From NCBI GenBank assembly GCA_018819225.1, contig JAHJQN010000006.1, positions 1 to 27,178 on the forward strand: a DNA stretch of 27,178 nucleotides, given 5' to 3'. Each line of letters starts with the position of its first letter. Within the stretch, counting starts at the first letter, position 1. The position numbers were made by a program, and so were the translations under genes. Source of the stretch: Candidatus Micrarchaeota archaeon. Lineage in GTDB: Archaea > Micrarchaeota > Micrarchaeia > Norongarragalinales > SBBD01. Under the pieces are notes generated by a model. The model saw only the letters and a program-made list of their open reading frames with translations. It made no database searches and was not told where the DNA came from. Shown in pieces: positions 16,019 to 24,170 of this stretch.

Positions 16019-16717
16019 TTACCGCAGGCTCTCCCACATGATTTCCGAACGCGAATCAACGGTAAATCCGTTGTTATCGATCTTGAACGGCCGGACGCTC
16101 TTGTCATTAGCGGTCCCACGCATCTTGCGAACGAACAGCGAGCGATGCGGAGGGAAAAAGTACAATTGAATGACGCCGTCCGTCAAGAACTCTTCGACAC
16201 CGAACCGTGACATCTCGTCCTTTCTTCCCGTGGTTTCCGTGGTTAAAATCGTGGTGACGTTCATTTTCCGAAGCTCTTCCATTAACACGTACAACGCATA
16301 ACGAATCTTCGGCACTTCCTCAATCCAAAACGAGAACGCGGTAATCGAGTCAATCACCAAACGCTTCGCATCCAATTCCTTCGCCTTGTCCAGAATGCGC
16401 TTGGTCTGGCCCTCAATATCATCCTTCATGTCCAGATTCGGCTCGAACTTGAAAATCTTCAACAAATTATCCTTCTCCAACGGCAGCAAGTCCCACTTGA
16501 ACCGCTGCATGTTCCACCACAAGTTGTGCGGGCCCTCCTCCAACGTCACGTAAATCCCTCGCTCGCCGTAATCCTTCGCCCCATTATACAAATACTGCAG
16601 ACAGAAAATGCTTTTACCCGTGCCCGGTCCTCCGGAAAGCAGAATACTCGAGCTTTCAGGAAAACCCCCTTCCACCAATTGATCCAGACCCGGAATGCCT
16701 GATTTCACGCGATTCAT
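16019..16717 (-). CDS. KaiC-like/RAD55 family ATPase (single domain)
   Basis: SGIPGLD.L.EGG, Walker A GGPGTGKS, TLEE, RLVIDS and KMRGT. Confidence 0.93.
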   Translation of the reverse strand: MNRVKSGIPGLDQLVEGGFPESSSILLSGGPGTGKSIFCLQYLYNGAKDYGERGIYVTLEEGPHNLWWNMQRFKWDLLPLEKDNLLKIFKFEPNLDMKDDIEGQTKRILDKAKELDAKRLVIDSITAFSFWIEEVPKIRYALYVLMEELRKMNVTTILTTETTGRKDEMSRFGVEEFLTDGVIQLYFFPPHRSLFVRKMRGTANDKSVRPFKIDNNGFTVDSRSEIMWESLR

Positions 16718-16729
16718 GTGATTCACACT

Positions 16730-17254
16730 CTATAACGACGGCTTACGAATCTTAAACCTCGAAATCATTAATATAGATGCCGTAAACAACGCCAGCCAAT
16801 TCCAGTACATGGGAGCGAACGCAAACAACGTCGCATAAAACACGATGAGCACGCTGATGGCCGCAACGGGCACCGGCAACCCGTAATAGACTCCCGTTTC
16901 TTTCTGTAAATTGAACATGGATAGACGGATCACCGCAGCCGTCACATACGCTATGCCTGCCAGAATGCTTAAGGGGTCGCGGAAACTGAACACGATCACC
17001 AAAATCGCGGGAGCGACTCCGAACGAGATCACGTCCGCGAGCGAATCCATTTCTCTTCCGAACGCATTCGCCGTCTTGTTTCGACGAGCCAATTTTCCAT
17101 CCATGAAATCGAAGAATCCCGCGGCCAGAATGAAGAAAAATGGAGCGAACGTGTACGCGAGGACCGCCGACGCGATGGCGATAAGCCCGGAAGCCGCGTT
17201 CGCCAGCGTCAACACGTCCTTGGCATTTAAACGCCGGAGCGTCTGGAAAACCAT
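16730..17254 (-). CDS. pssA: CDP-alcohol phosphatidyltransferase (PssA/archaetidylserine synthase-like)
   Basis: DFMDGKLARR...FGREMDSLADVISFGVAP; GLPVP. Confidence 0.9.
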   Translation of the reverse strand: MVFQTLRRLNAKDVLTLANAASGLIAIASAVLAYTFAPFFFILAAGFFDFMDGKLARRNKTANAFGREMDSLADVISFGVAPAILVIVFSFRDPLSILAGIAYVTAAVIRLSMFNLQKETGVYYGLPVPVAAISVLIVFYATLFAFAPMYWNWLALFTASILMISRFKIRKPSL

Positions 17255-17307
17255 GGAAAGTAGAAAACTCGAGCGTATTAATAAGGTTTCTTTACCCTTA
17301 CCAAAAC

Positions 17308-17458
17308 GGGCCTATAGCTTAGCCTGGCTCAGAGCGCCAGACCTCCGCCCTTCAATAGAAGGGAGAAAGGGATGCGAGTCTTATACGACGCCCTTCCGTT
17401 TTGGAAGGGATTGAGCTAGGAAAACTGGTGGTCCCGGGTTCAAATCCCGGTAGGCCCA
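17308..17458 (+). tRNA. tRNA-Ile (anticodon TAT) with two introns (about 17341..17378 at position 29/30 or 30/31; 17386..17422 at 37/38)
   Basis: Spliced sequence GGGCCTA TA GCTT AGCCTGGCTCA GAGC G CCAGT CT TAT AA ACTGG TGGTC CCGGG TTCAAAT CCCGG TAGGCCC A. All stems pair. CTTA/TAGG forms the BHB central helix with an AA|A bulge at 37/38. Confidence 0.9.
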
Positions 17459-17494
17459 CTAGTATTTTTTAAACGGCTTGTTGGTAAGAATAGT

Positions 17495-18265
17495 ATGGTC
17501 AAAGCACGCGCGTTCCCACGATTCGAGGAAAGTTTCGTACTGGTACACGGAAGAAAACCAATCGATCGAAAAATCGCGAGCGATATCGGGGCCCAACTCA
17601 AAATGAATGGTCATTCCGTTTTATTATATGCGGAACCATCCATAAAAAAAAGTCCACATCCCGAAGCGGGAAGTTTCGAAACACCAAAACACGAGGTCAT
17701 GGAATCCGTCGGGTTTCGTTTTCCCGGAAGCCACGTCATCATTCTCTCAAACAGTCATGAAACAGGCCAACCCAAAGCACAAGCGAGTCCGGTCGAACGG
17801 CATGTCGTATATGACGGAATGGGAGAAACCCTCCGTGCGGGTCATCATTACCTTCATTTCGGATCCCCTGAATTGCTTCCCGCGTGGTACGACCCAATAC
17901 AGAATGCGTTTGTTCCGCGCCCTCTCCTGAGACACCACGTGACATTAACAGCGAATGCGGCCCGGTTGGAAAAACCGCCATATCGTCAGCAACTGGTTGA
18001 AAAAGCAATGGGGGCCATCCGAAAATCGCTCGACGCTCAAGAAACTTTTGAAGAAATTCATCGCGTGGGAAAAAGAATCGATCCGTTGTCGTTGCAGCAC
18101 GTCGCGTTAAAAAAAGGCGTTCTGGATCAACGTCCAAATCGCGAATTCAATCCCGATGGAAGACTCGTCCACTCGCACGATACCGATGTCGAGGGATTCC
18201 GCGAAACCATCCGACACGCCTTACGAATAAAGAAGATATTGGAAAAAAGTAAAAAACGGGAATAA
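17495..18265 (+). CDS. Hypothetical protein (basic, His-rich ORFan)
   Basis: 256-aa ORF filling the gap, with a TTTTTAAA promoter-like tract about 25 nt upstream; no motif recognised. Confidence 0.7.
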   Translation: MVKARAFPRFEESFVLVHGRKPIDRKIASDIGAQLKMNGHSVLLYAEPSIKKSPHPEAGSFETPKHEVMESVGFRFPGSHVIILSNSHETGQPKAQASPVERHVVYDGMGETLRAGHHYLHFGSPELLPAWYDPIQNAFVPRPLLRHHVTLTANAARLEKPPYRQQLVEKAMGAIRKSLDAQETFEEIHRVGKRIDPLSLQHVALKKGVLDQRPNREFNPDGRLVHSHDTDVEGFRETIRHALRIKKILEKSKKRE

Positions 18266-18274
18266 TTACGGTCA

Positions 18275-19435
18275 CTATTCCTCGAACACTTGCTTGTAAA
18301 GCTCCTCGTATCCTTTCGCGGACAAGTCCCACGTAAAGTGTTTGACCACGCGCTTGCGGCCCTCGGATTCAAAGCGTTTGCGGAGTTGGTCATCCTCCAA
18401 AAGCAGGTCCATCTTGTTTTGCAAATCACCGATGTTGCGCGTTTCCACGAGCAAACCGCTCTTCGGGGTAATGATTTCAGGGATTCCGCCGGCCGTGCTT
18501 CCAATGACGGCTTTGCCGGAAGCCATGGCCTCGCAGAACACCATCCCAAACGGTTCCCAAACCGACGTGAGAACAAAAAACTCGCACGCGGCATATAATT
18601 GGGTGAGCTCGGCCTCCGTAATTTTTTTGGAGATGAAAATAATATCCTTGGAAATTCCGAGGGATGCCGCTTCCTGACGCAACTGCATTTCTTGAGGGCC
18701 GCGGCCCAGAATCACGAGAACGACGTCGGGATGGTCTTCGACGATCTTGGCGTACGCCTGCAGTAAATACCGGAATCCTTTCTGCGGCTGCAAGCGCGCA
18801 ATGCTCAACAACATGCGTTTTGGGGGAATGCCAAAGCGTTTCCGAATATCCTCTTCCTTGTTGCGAGGATGAAACAAGTCGACGTCGACGCCGTTGTAAA
18901 TCACGCGCTGCTTGCCCCTGAAATCTTTCGGCGCCGTGGTTTCCATGGTATTCCCGCTGACGGCGGCCAAGGCATGGCAGGCCCCCAACAATTTCTTTCC
19001 AAAGAGTGTATCCACGGCGGAACCCACGTGATCCGTCGCCCAATCCACTCCGCGTAAAGCCGCGTTGTGAAGCGTCCACCCCAATTTTTTTCCTCCGAAG
19101 CGTTTCACCAAAACCGCGTCCAGCATCGTGTAAAAGAAACGGTTGTGGAAATGAAACGCGTCGTGCTTGGGGATTTCCTTGATCAGTTCCGTGAGAAAGA
19201 ACGGGGAAACCGGGTAAGGAGGGGGAACCGGATACGGAAGTTCCTGGAATACGACGCAGTCAACCCGCTTGATTTTCACGCCTTGAATCTCGTGGTAATT
19301 CGGGGTTCCGGGACTGCGAGACGTCAAAACCGTGACGTCGTGCCTTTTCGCGAGACGAGTCGAGACCTCCAAAACGTGTTTTTCCGTACCGCCTTGATAC
19401 GGATGAAAAAAGGGGTTGAGCATGCAGATGTTCAT
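18275..19435 (-). CDS. Glycosyltransferase family 4
   Basis: Start MNICMLNPFFHPYQGGTE; IYNGVD, ARLQPQKG and EPFGMVFCEAMASG. Confidence 0.95.
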   Translation of the reverse strand: MNICMLNPFFHPYQGGTEKHVLEVSTRLAKRHDVTVLTSRSPGTPNYHEIQGVKIKRVDCVVFQELPYPVPPPYPVSPFFLTELIKEIPKHDAFHFHNRFFYTMLDAVLVKRFGGKKLGWTLHNAALRGVDWATDHVGSAVDTLFGKKLLGACHALAAVSGNTMETTAPKDFRGKQRVIYNGVDVDLFHPRNKEEDIRKRFGIPPKRMLLSIARLQPQKGFRYLLQAYAKIVEDHPDVVLVILGRGPQEMQLRQEAASLGISKDIIFISKKITEAELTQLYAACEFFVLTSVWEPFGMVFCEAMASGKAVIGSTAGGIPEIITPKSGLLVETRNIGDLQNKMDLLLEDDQLRKRFESEGRKRVVKHFTWDLSAKGYEELYKQVFEE

Positions 19436-19545
19436 TGAAAATCGCCGCTCAAATAGAGGAGGGAGGGGCGACACGCGTGGGGGGAAACGTCCCCCCGAGG
19501 TGTCAAGGGATTCAACATGCAGATGTTCATGCAGATTATCGCCGC
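19410..19545 (-). repeat. Duplicated RBS + first 8 codons of the GT4 gene flanking a GC-rich hairpin (19470..19504)
   Basis: GCGGCGAT...ATGAACATCTGCATG(TTG/CTC)AA(T/C)CCCTT occurs twice, 95 nt apart. Confidence 0.85.
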
Positions 19546-19596
19546 ACTAACCCGTAATCACTGGGAGTTAAAAAAGATGCCGGGAAGAGAAAAAAG

Positions 19597-19860
19597 CTAG
19601 TCGTTCTTGAGGCTTTCGAGCTCGCTCAAGAGATTCCAGATCATGGTGCGAGCGTGCATGGGCAAGTTGATGTCGTTGCTGACTTCATCCAACGCGTATA
19701 CCGCGGAAGAGATCGCGACATCCATGTCATTCGCGTGCTTCAGTTTTTCCTGGGCTTCCGCCAAACGAGCGCGCACGTTCCGGGGAATCGAATTATCCTG
19801 AACCATGACGTCCAGTAGGGAAACAATGGTTTGAAGCTGATGTGGATCCACTTCCGTCAT
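19597..19860 (-). CDS. UPF0147 family protein
   Basis: DNSIPRNVR...LDEVSNDINLPMHARTMIW. Confidence 0.93.
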   Translation of the reverse strand: MTEVDPHQLQTIVSLLDVMVQDNSIPRNVRARLAEAQEKLKHANDMDVAISSAVYALDEVSNDINLPMHARTMIWNLLSELESLKND

Positions 19861-19983
19861 GCAAAGAACCCCCTGGATGGAAATCAATAATCCGCTAACA
19901 TAAGACTATTTAATCCAATCTCATTAAGAACAACTACAGAGAAGAGAAGTATATTAAGGTTTCCTAGTAGAGTAACGAGTCCC

Positions 19984-20664
19984 ATGCCATATCCTCACGT
20001 TTGGAAAAAATTGAAGCGAGGACCACAAGTCATCGCGCTGAAAGATGCCGCCGCCATCGTGGCGCACACGAGTATGCAGCACGGAAACACCGTAGTGGAT
20101 GCGGGCAGTGGAAGCGGATTTCTGGCCGTGTACATGGGAAACGTCGTCGGACCCGACGGAAAAGTAGTATCCTATGAGCGCCGAGCGGACTTCGCTAAAC
20201 TCGCGAAAAGCAACGTGGAAATCGCGGGCCTGCAGAACGTCGTTCAAATTAAGGAAAAGGATGTGTTCAAGGGAATCGACGAAACGGAAGTGGATGTCGT
20301 GACCCTGGATCTCGCGGACGCAGAAAACGCGCTTTCACACGCAAAAAAAGCGGTGAAAGAAAATGGGTTCATTGTCGGATACTTTCCCACCATCGAACAA
20401 GCGCAGCGATTTGTTATGGAAGCGGAAAAATTGAAACTCAAGTTTCTGGAAGCCGTTGAAGTCCAAGAACGCGAATGGAAAATCCGGGAATACGGAAGCC
20501 GGCCGGAACACTTCGGCATGCAGTTTACGGCGCTGCTGGTCATCCTGAAAAACATGAGGGAAAACGTGTTCGAACGCGAACGAAACGCCTTGCAGTTCAC
20601 GAAAAAAGGGAGAAGGGAGCAGCGCATCAAAAAATCGCTGAAACGCATTCAGGAAAGCAGGTAA
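19984..20664 (+). CDS. trmI: tRNA (adenine-N1) methyltransferase TrmI/Gcd14
   Basis: KRGPQVI..KD, DAGSGSG, SYERR.DF and TLDL; the usual N-terminal domain is largely absent. Confidence 0.92.
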   Translation: MPYPHVWKKLKRGPQVIALKDAAAIVAHTSMQHGNTVVDAGSGSGFLAVYMGNVVGPDGKVVSYERRADFAKLAKSNVEIAGLQNVVQIKEKDVFKGIDETEVDVVTLDLADAENALSHAKKAVKENGFIVGYFPTIEQAQRFVMEAEKLKLKFLEAVEVQEREWKIREYGSRPEHFGMQFTALLVILKNMRENVFERERNALQFTKKGRREQRIKKSLKRIQESR

Positions 20665-21269
20665 GGAAGGGCTTCTTCGATGGTCCCCACGCGAAGCACG
20701 CGAATGTCTTTCTCGAGCTCGTCTTGGTAACGAATGTCTTGTTCGTCCGAAACCAAAAACACGCGCTTGCCAAAGGCTTCAGCGGCCAGAATTTTTTCCT
20801 CGATGCCTCCAACCGCTAACAGATTGCCGTCCTCATCCAAGCGAGCGCTGACCATGACGTCGTCGCGGAGCTGCCGGTTCGTGCGCAAAGCCACGAGGGA
20901 AGCCGCAAAAATGGCTCCAGCGGATTCTCCGGACACTTCCCGAAACCATTCGCCTTTCGAACGCACTTCCAAAACCAAATCCTCCCCGTTAAACGGAAGA
21001 CCCAAATAGTTTTCGGTGCCGTGCACGGCCTTCCGGAACGCGACCTCGACGCTGGGATCGAAGGAAGCGGAATCAATGTTGACGAGAATACGGCCGCTTC
21101 CGGGATACGAATGCAAATCGAACTGAACGAGCGTGCCTTTACCGCCCTCCGTAATCGCCGGAGCAAAAAAGGAGACGTGTTTATGAGTCGGAATCGCGTA
21201 ATAGCCGAGCTGCAGCGATACAAGAAACGCGGCGGCAATCAATACCCCAATGAGGCGTTTGGAAGACAT
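20649..21269 (-). CDS. Stand-alone Lon-like (S16) serine protease domain with N-terminal anchor
   Basis: VSGESAG (catalytic Ser), VGGIEEKILAA (Lys) and a hydrophobic N-terminus. Confidence 0.88.
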   Translation of the reverse strand: MSSKRLIGVLIAAAFLVSLQLGYYAIPTHKHVSFFAPAITEGGKGTLVQFDLHSYPGSGRILVNIDSASFDPSVEVAFRKAVHGTENYLGLPFNGEDLVLEVRSKGEWFREVSGESAGAIFAASLVALRTNRQLRDDVMVSARLDEDGNLLAVGGIEEKILAAEAFGKRVFLVSDEQDIRYQDELEKDIRVLRVGTIEEALPYLLS

Positions 21270-21338
21270 GAATCATCACGATGAATGTATATAGGTAAAG
21301 CCCACCGGTATAAAATAATGAATGGTTTAATGAGACGC

Positions 21339-22199
21339 ATGCGCATTATTATTGTCCACGGCGGGGCATGGAATATCCCGGAAGAAGATAAGGAATCGCA
21401 CCGGAATAGCCTAAAGGAAGCGCTGGCAGCCGGCTGGAGTGCATTGAAAGGAAATGGCCGTGCATTGGATGCCGTTGAAGAAGCGGTCGTGCACATGGAA
21501 AATTCAGGCGTTTTTCACGCGGGAAGCGGCGCCTCGTTGAACTCGGAACAAAAAGTGGAACTCGATGCAGCGATCATGACCGGAGACTTGAATCTGGGGG
21601 CGGTCGCCGGGGTATCCTGCATCAAAAATCCCATTTCCTTGGCGCGATACGTCATGGAAAACTCGAAGCACGCCTTGATCGTTGGTACGGGTGCGCAAAT
21701 CTTCGCGAAACAACAAGGCATTCCGCTATGCGATCCCGACGAACTCGTTACCGCGCGTGAACGACGACGTTTCAAGGAAGGCCTGGAAAACGAGTTCGGA
21801 ACCGTTGGAGCCGTCGCACTCGATGGAAACGGAAACATGGCCGTCGCAACCTCGACAAGTGGAACGTACAAGAAAATGGCGGGAAGAGTCGGCGATTCAC
21901 CGCTCGTAGGATGCGGAACGTACGCAGACAAAGAACGCGGAGCGTGTTCGGCAACCGGTCACGGCGAATCGTTCATGAAAACCGTGGCAGCTAAAACAGC
22001 TTGCGATGCACTCGAAAAAGAACCCGACGCGCAAACCGCCGCGGAAAAGACGCTGCAAATGATTCTTAAACGAACCGGAGGAAAAGGAGGATTCATTCTC
22101 CTGAGAAAAGACGGGGATTACGGTATCGCGTTCACCACCCCCGCGATGGCAAGAGGCGTTATGAAAGAGGGAATGGAGGCGCCGGAAGTAAGCGTATAA
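21339..22199 (+). CDS. iaaA: Isoaspartyl peptidase/L-asparaginase (Ntn hydrolase)
   Basis: IIVHGGAW, ELDAAIM, GTVGAVALD (Thr nucleophile), GRVGDSP and TGHGE. Confidence 0.95.
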   Translation: MRIIIVHGGAWNIPEEDKESHRNSLKEALAAGWSALKGNGRALDAVEEAVVHMENSGVFHAGSGASLNSEQKVELDAAIMTGDLNLGAVAGVSCIKNPISLARYVMENSKHALIVGTGAQIFAKQQGIPLCDPDELVTARERRRFKEGLENEFGTVGAVALDGNGNMAVATSTSGTYKKMAGRVGDSPLVGCGTYADKERGACSATGHGESFMKTVAAKTACDALEKEPDAQTAAEKTLQMILKRTGGKGGFILLRKDGDYGIAFTTPAMARGVMKEGMEAPEVSV

Positions 22200-22200
22200 G

Positions 22201-22902
22201 GTGACGCACGTGACGCAGCTTCAAAAAGTGATTCGCGAAATCGAATCCCATTCAGACCCCAAATGCAGGGAAGCCATGATTCGGTTCAAAATTACGTCTA
22301 AAGCGTACGGCGTCCCGATTCCAACCCTTTACCGAATGGCCAAAAAAATCGGAAAAAATCATTCACTCGCAATGCAATTATGGAAGCACGCATGGTTTGA
22401 AACGCGGGTTTTGGCAGCCAGCGTGGCAGAACCCGCTGGTCTCACGGAAAAGCAAATGGAAGCATGGGTAAAAGACTTTGATTCGTGGACCGTATGCGAT
22501 TTGTGTTGCTCGAATCTGTTCGATAAAACCCCTCGGGCCTACGAAAAAGCATTCGAATGGAGTAAGCGGAACAGGGAGTTCGAAAAACGCGCGGGTTTCG
22601 TCTTGATGGCCGTGCTTGCCGTCCACGACAAGCAAGCTTCCGATGCCAAAATGCAACGATTCCTTCCCGTCATCGTCCGCGAATCTTCCGATGAACGCGT
22701 TTATGTGAAAAAAGCCGTAAACTGGGCGTTGAGACAACTGGGGAAACGGAATCGATTTCTCAACAAGAAAAGCATCGCGTTAGCCAAACGCATCAGAAAA
22801 CAGGATTCGAAAGCCGCTCGATGGATTGCCAATGATGCTTTAAGAGAATTGGAGAGTCGAGCCGTTCAAAAGCGATTAGCGCGTCTTGCGTCGAGCCCAT
22901 GA
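22201..22902 (+). CDS. AlkD-like DNA alkylation repair protein
   Basis: YGVPIP, FDSWTVCD, DERVYVKKAVNWALRQLGKRN and ARWIANDALREL. Confidence 0.92.
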   Translation: MTHVTQLQKVIREIESHSDPKCREAMIRFKITSKAYGVPIPTLYRMAKKIGKNHSLAMQLWKHAWFETRVLAASVAEPAGLTEKQMEAWVKDFDSWTVCDLCCSNLFDKTPRAYEKAFEWSKRNREFEKRAGFVLMAVLAVHDKQASDAKMQRFLPVIVRESSDERVYVKKAVNWALRQLGKRNRFLNKKSIALAKRIRKQDSKAARWIANDALRELESRAVQKRLARLASSP

Positions 22903-22926
22903 CTTCGCTCTTCCCCGTTCAAACCA

Positions 22927-23059
22927 TTACGGGTACTTTCCGTTTAACCCCACTAAAAGAAAAACGAACCCGGGCTGTACAATGCATTGTGATTCGCTAT
23001 TCCGATGATGAAAAAAAGACTCCTAGCGCAATAAACACGTCGTAATCTTTGTCCTCCAT
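22927..23059 (-). pseudogene. Possible frameshifted small two-helix membrane protein
   Basis: MEDKDYDVFIALGV.../FIIGIANHNALYS.../VFLLVGLNGKYP* can be pieced together across two frameshifts. Confidence 0.3.
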
Positions 23060-23113
23060 TCCCGTTCAAAGAATCGTTAGAAAAACGAGTAATATAATGG
23101 GATGCGTGCGCCT

Positions 23114-24034
23114 TTAGAATCGAATGGCGCCCATCTTTCCAGACTGATAGTCCCGAAACGCTTGCTCAATCTCTTCTGAGGTATTCATCACGAACGGCCC
23201 GTATTGAATGACGGGTTCGTTTAACGGCTTTCCCCCTAACAACAACAACTGCATAGTTTTCGTTCCATCATTTCGAAAAGAAATCTCGCTTCCAATAGAA
23301 TCAAATATCGCTAGTTGCCCTCCCGCAACCTCCTGCTGGTTGTTACCGAAAGTGCCACTCCCTTCAAACACGTACGCAATGACATGAAAATCATTGGAAA
23401 CCGGTTGAGTGAATTCGGCACCCGGCCGCAAACGAAAATGCAGATACATAATAGGGGTATGCGTTTCGATGACGGCACGTTTCCCCATGCATTCACCGGC
23501 GATAACGCGCGCCCAAACCTCTTTCTTCACGCTTTCCGCAATCGGCAATCGGCTTCCGGGAAATTCTTGATACCGCGGCTTCGCCATCTTGCTTTTCTTT
23601 GGCAAGTTCACCCACAACTGAAAGCCGTGCATTCTTCCACCGTTTTTCTGCATGTGCTCGCTCGGCATTTCCGAGTGCACGACTCCCGCGCCTGCAGTCA
23701 TCCATTGAACGTCTCCAGAACCCAGTTTTCCGTCATGCCCATGCGAATCCTTGTGTTGCATCTCCCCCTCCAAAACGTACGTAACGGTCTCGAAACCGCG
23801 ATGCGGGTGATCCGGAGCTCCTTTCGCTTCCCCTGCACCATATCGAACCGGGCCCATTTCGTCCAGTAAAATGAAGGGGTCCGGATTCTGAAAGTGATTG
23901 GTTGGAAACGGTCTTCGAACAGGAAAACCCGCTCCTTCAAACGTGTTCACGCTTTGAACGACTTCCAATACATCTCTTGAAATCTTCTCACGGCTAATTG
24001 AACGAGTAGTATTCGCTATCGTTTTCGCAGTCAT
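23114..24034 (-). CDS. Pirin family protein
   Basis: DPFILLDE, DHPHRGFETVT, QWMTAGAGVVHSE, FQLWVNLP and YGPFVMN. Confidence 0.96.
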   Translation of the reverse strand: MTAKTIANTTRSISREKISRDVLEVVQSVNTFEGAGFPVRRPFPTNHFQNPDPFILLDEMGPVRYGAGEAKGAPDHPHRGFETVTYVLEGEMQHKDSHGHDGKLGSGDVQWMTAGAGVVHSEMPSEHMQKNGGRMHGFQLWVNLPKKSKMAKPRYQEFPGSRLPIAESVKKEVWARVIAGECMGKRAVIETHTPIMYLHFRLRPGAEFTQPVSNDFHVIAYVFEGSGTFGNNQQEVAGGQLAIFDSIGSEISFRNDGTKTMQLLLLGGKPLNEPVIQYGPFVMNTSEEIEQAFRDYQSGKMGAIRF

Positions 24035-24170
24035 AAACATCTCCGGTATTCTTTTGAAAGCACGTCAAGTCTTTCCGAGAATAAATGCATATGGTTTAAT
24101 GGAGTCCGTTCCTCCGAACCCGACAAAGGTCAATGAAGCAGTTAAAAACAAGTCTTTCAACAAAATAATC

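Noticed and set aside
16019-16717. Circadian kaiC system
   Set aside because: Single-domain KaiC-like ATPase, common in archaea; no kaiA/kaiB.
16911-17414. 167-aa plus-strand ORF
   Set aside because: Antisense to pssA and runs into the tRNA.
17430-17460. tRNA 3' end as an integration att site
   Set aside because: No second copy and no integrase in the window.
19435-19530. BHB intron in the GT4 mRNA
   Set aside because: No convincing bulge-helix-bulge, and the downstream copy already gives a complete gene.
23003-23060. C/D box sRNA (ATGATGA box C-like)
   Set aside because: No CTGA box D at a suitable distance.
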